IMG/VR virus record: IMGVR_UViG_3300034521_000398
Location: 1-49,479 of that record
DNA length: 49,479 bases
Strand: one strand, 5' to 3'
From: a virus
Lineage: Duplodnaviria; Caudoviricetes
Shown here in pieces: positions 47,861 through 49,479 of the stretch (position 1 is its first letter; each line of letters opens with the position of its first letter). The translations under genes and the position numbers were made by a program. Under the pieces are notes generated by a model, which saw only the letters and a program-made list of their open reading frames with translations, ran no database searches and was not told the origin of the DNA.

Positions 47861-48116
47861 GTTTGTCGGAGACATTACGCTTGGCAAAGGAAATAAAGCG
47901 CAAAAGGGGATGGTACAAGGCGCACATCAGGATGAAAGCAAGATGATGGTACCAGCGTGTTACAGCATGCGAATCTTGCAACTCAATTACACTGTAATGG
48001 CAATTGAGCAGTTAAAGCGAAAGCGACCGAACGACAAGTTAGGTAACTGTACTCCACCTCCTTAGGGTGGATTGTACACTAAGCTCTGCTCTCTCACTCT
48101 TAGTTAAGTATAGAAG

Positions 48117-48158
48117 TTAATACATATAAGATTAGTATATAGTTAATTCGTACATTTG
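48117..48158 (+). promoter_or_regulatory. Late-type promoter facing the integrase 3' end
   Basis: TTAATACATA at 48117 and TACATTTG at 48151. Confidence 0.5.
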
Positions 48159-48201
48159 AATAACCATTAAAATAGTAAAAGTTTATATTTGCCAAGCGTT
48201 T

Positions 48202-48231
48202 CAGCTCACTGTGAAGTGGGCTGTTTCTATT
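48202..48231. terminator. Hairpin/terminator downstream of the integrase
   Basis: CAGCTCACT-GTGA-AGTGGGCTG followed by TTTC. Confidence 0.6.
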
Positions 48232-48273
48232 TAAACCCTACTCTACACACAAAACATGCTATAAAACATATTT

Positions 48274-49479
48274 TCACCTCATTATCATAATACTAGCCCT
48301 CATCTCAATATACTCTTTATACCTATCTGGATTCTGCGTATAATCAATTACCCTATTAACGGCTATTTCAGCCTGTGACTGCTTAGTTCGAGTATAATAC
48401 CTTATAACTCCCTTACTTCTAGTAGAGTGCCCCAGACAGTAATCTATAACCCCGTCAGGAATGCCCAACTCGTACGAAAATTGCGCAAACGTTTTCCTGG
48501 CAGAATAAAAACATATTCGCTGTTTAATACCAAGATGATCCTGCAGTAGTCTCATACACAGATTTATGTATTTCTGCATATTCGAGTAGCTATAAGAGTA
48601 CCCTAGATTTATCTTCCCGTTCACTAAGTACTTATCAATGATTTTTCTTGCCTCTTCATGTATGGGTATTGTTATAACAGAGTTTTTTGTTTTTGTCCTT
48701 TCGAAAGATAACACATCACCGGACAGATCAACACACAACAGATCCTTTAGATTTATACCACATAGATAAAAGGATAACAGCAACATATCTTTCCCTAGAT
48801 TCAACCTCTTACCCTCCACAGAAGTATCTCGTATTAAGATAAACTCCTCTAACGACAGATCGCACTCTTTAGGATCAGCAGCCGGTATTTTAGTATAGGC
48901 AAACGGGTGTACATCTGCTTTTAGTAATCCTAACTTAATTAAATCATTTATCCTAGCCTTTAGATGCGTAAGCCTTAATCCTATATTACCTTTTGCATAC
49001 CCTTTCGAGGTCATCCACTTTTTAAAATGTTCTACAACGGAAGTGTTTATAGCCGCTATCGGGAGATCGCCCTCAGACTTAATAAAAAGCCTTAATGTTT
49101 CCTCATTCATCTTAGCATAGCTTTCACGCTTATCTTTTCTTATCTCCGATATTCTATCCCTCCAAAATTCGATAAACGATATATGAGACGGACCGGACTT
49201 GGAAATAAGTATCTTCTTTATCTGCATTGCAGTAAGAAAAGAGCAATCTATAGAGTTAAACTTTTCTTTATAGCCATCAAAAACGAATTTTATTTTCTTG
49301 TTTATCAGAGAAGCATCTTTTCTGTATACTACCATCCCGGACTCAAACTGCTCGACTCCATCAAGGAGGAAATCTGTTTGTATGTACGCACGTTTTGATT
49401 TCTGCGATATGCAGATCAGGATAGGATACTGACTACCTATCATCTTAGAACTTAGAACTGTTAACTTGATTGTTGCCAT
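48274..49479 (-). CDS. int: Tyrosine integrase (arm-binding, SAM-like and catalytic domains)
   Basis: CGINLKDL, ERTKTK, FYSARKTFA, CLGHS, IRYY; Bacteroidetes-type N-terminus. Confidence 0.9.
   Translation of the reverse strand: MATIKLTVLSSKMIGSQYPILICISQKSKRAYIQTDFLLDGVEQFESGMVVYRKDASLINKKIKFVFDGYKEKFNSIDCSFLTAMQIKKILISKSGPSHISFIEFWRDRISEIRKDKRESYAKMNEETLRLFIKSEGDLPIAAINTSVVEHFKKWMTSKGYAKGNIGLRLTHLKARINDLIKLGLLKADVHPFAYTKIPAADPKECDLSLEEFILIRDTSVEGKRLNLGKDMLLLSFYLCGINLKDLLCVDLSGDVLSFERTKTKNSVITIPIHEEARKIIDKYLVNGKINLGYSYSYSNMQKYINLCMRLLQDHLGIKQRICFYSARKTFAQFSYELGIPDGVIDYCLGHSTRSKGVIRYYTRTKQSQAEIAVNRVIDYTQNPDRYKEYIEMRASIMIMR

Noticed and set aside
47920-47950. Hammerhead ribozyme
   Set aside because: CAGGATGAAAGC lacks the CUGANGA core and stem arrangement
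47353-48273. Definite attP/att site
   Set aside because: No tRNA fragment or host sequence is available to define a core; position alone is insufficient
48740-48765. Integrase pseudogene because Asn replaces the first catalytic Arg (CGINLKDL)
   Set aside because: The ORF is intact with later R, H and Y residues; I recall this GIN/GMN variant as common in Bacteroidetes integrases

Overview
About 49.5 kb of a temperate Bacteroidales-type tailed phage. Host inference rests on TTTG/TAnnTTTG promoters and DUF4494/DUF6291-like genes. The virion is probably podovirus-like: P22-type portal, no tape measure, large ejection proteins. Layout: an early/replication block on + (LRR protein, HNH, RusA, initiator with iterons, DnaB, helicase-methylase fusion, ASCH, YopX; 1-11.2 kb); tail genes; a GC-rich tail-fibre module carrying a complete diversity-generating retroelement (RT, TR, VR; 16.0-24.7 kb); capsid, scaffold, terminase and portal; a 3375-aa polyvalent protein; a lysis cassette; a 0.9-kb structured non-coding region; and a tyrosine integrase. 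Best leads: (1) a phage rhomboid protease beside a major capsid protein with an N-terminal membrane segment; (2) a non-coding collage of four iteron-like repeat families, one copying the phage's own origin; (3) a DGR whose RT has FADN rather than YxDD plus a fused C-terminal domain; (4) a shared late-promoter motif TTAATACATA...TAnnTTTG. Family assignments come from motif recognition by eye, not from database searches.
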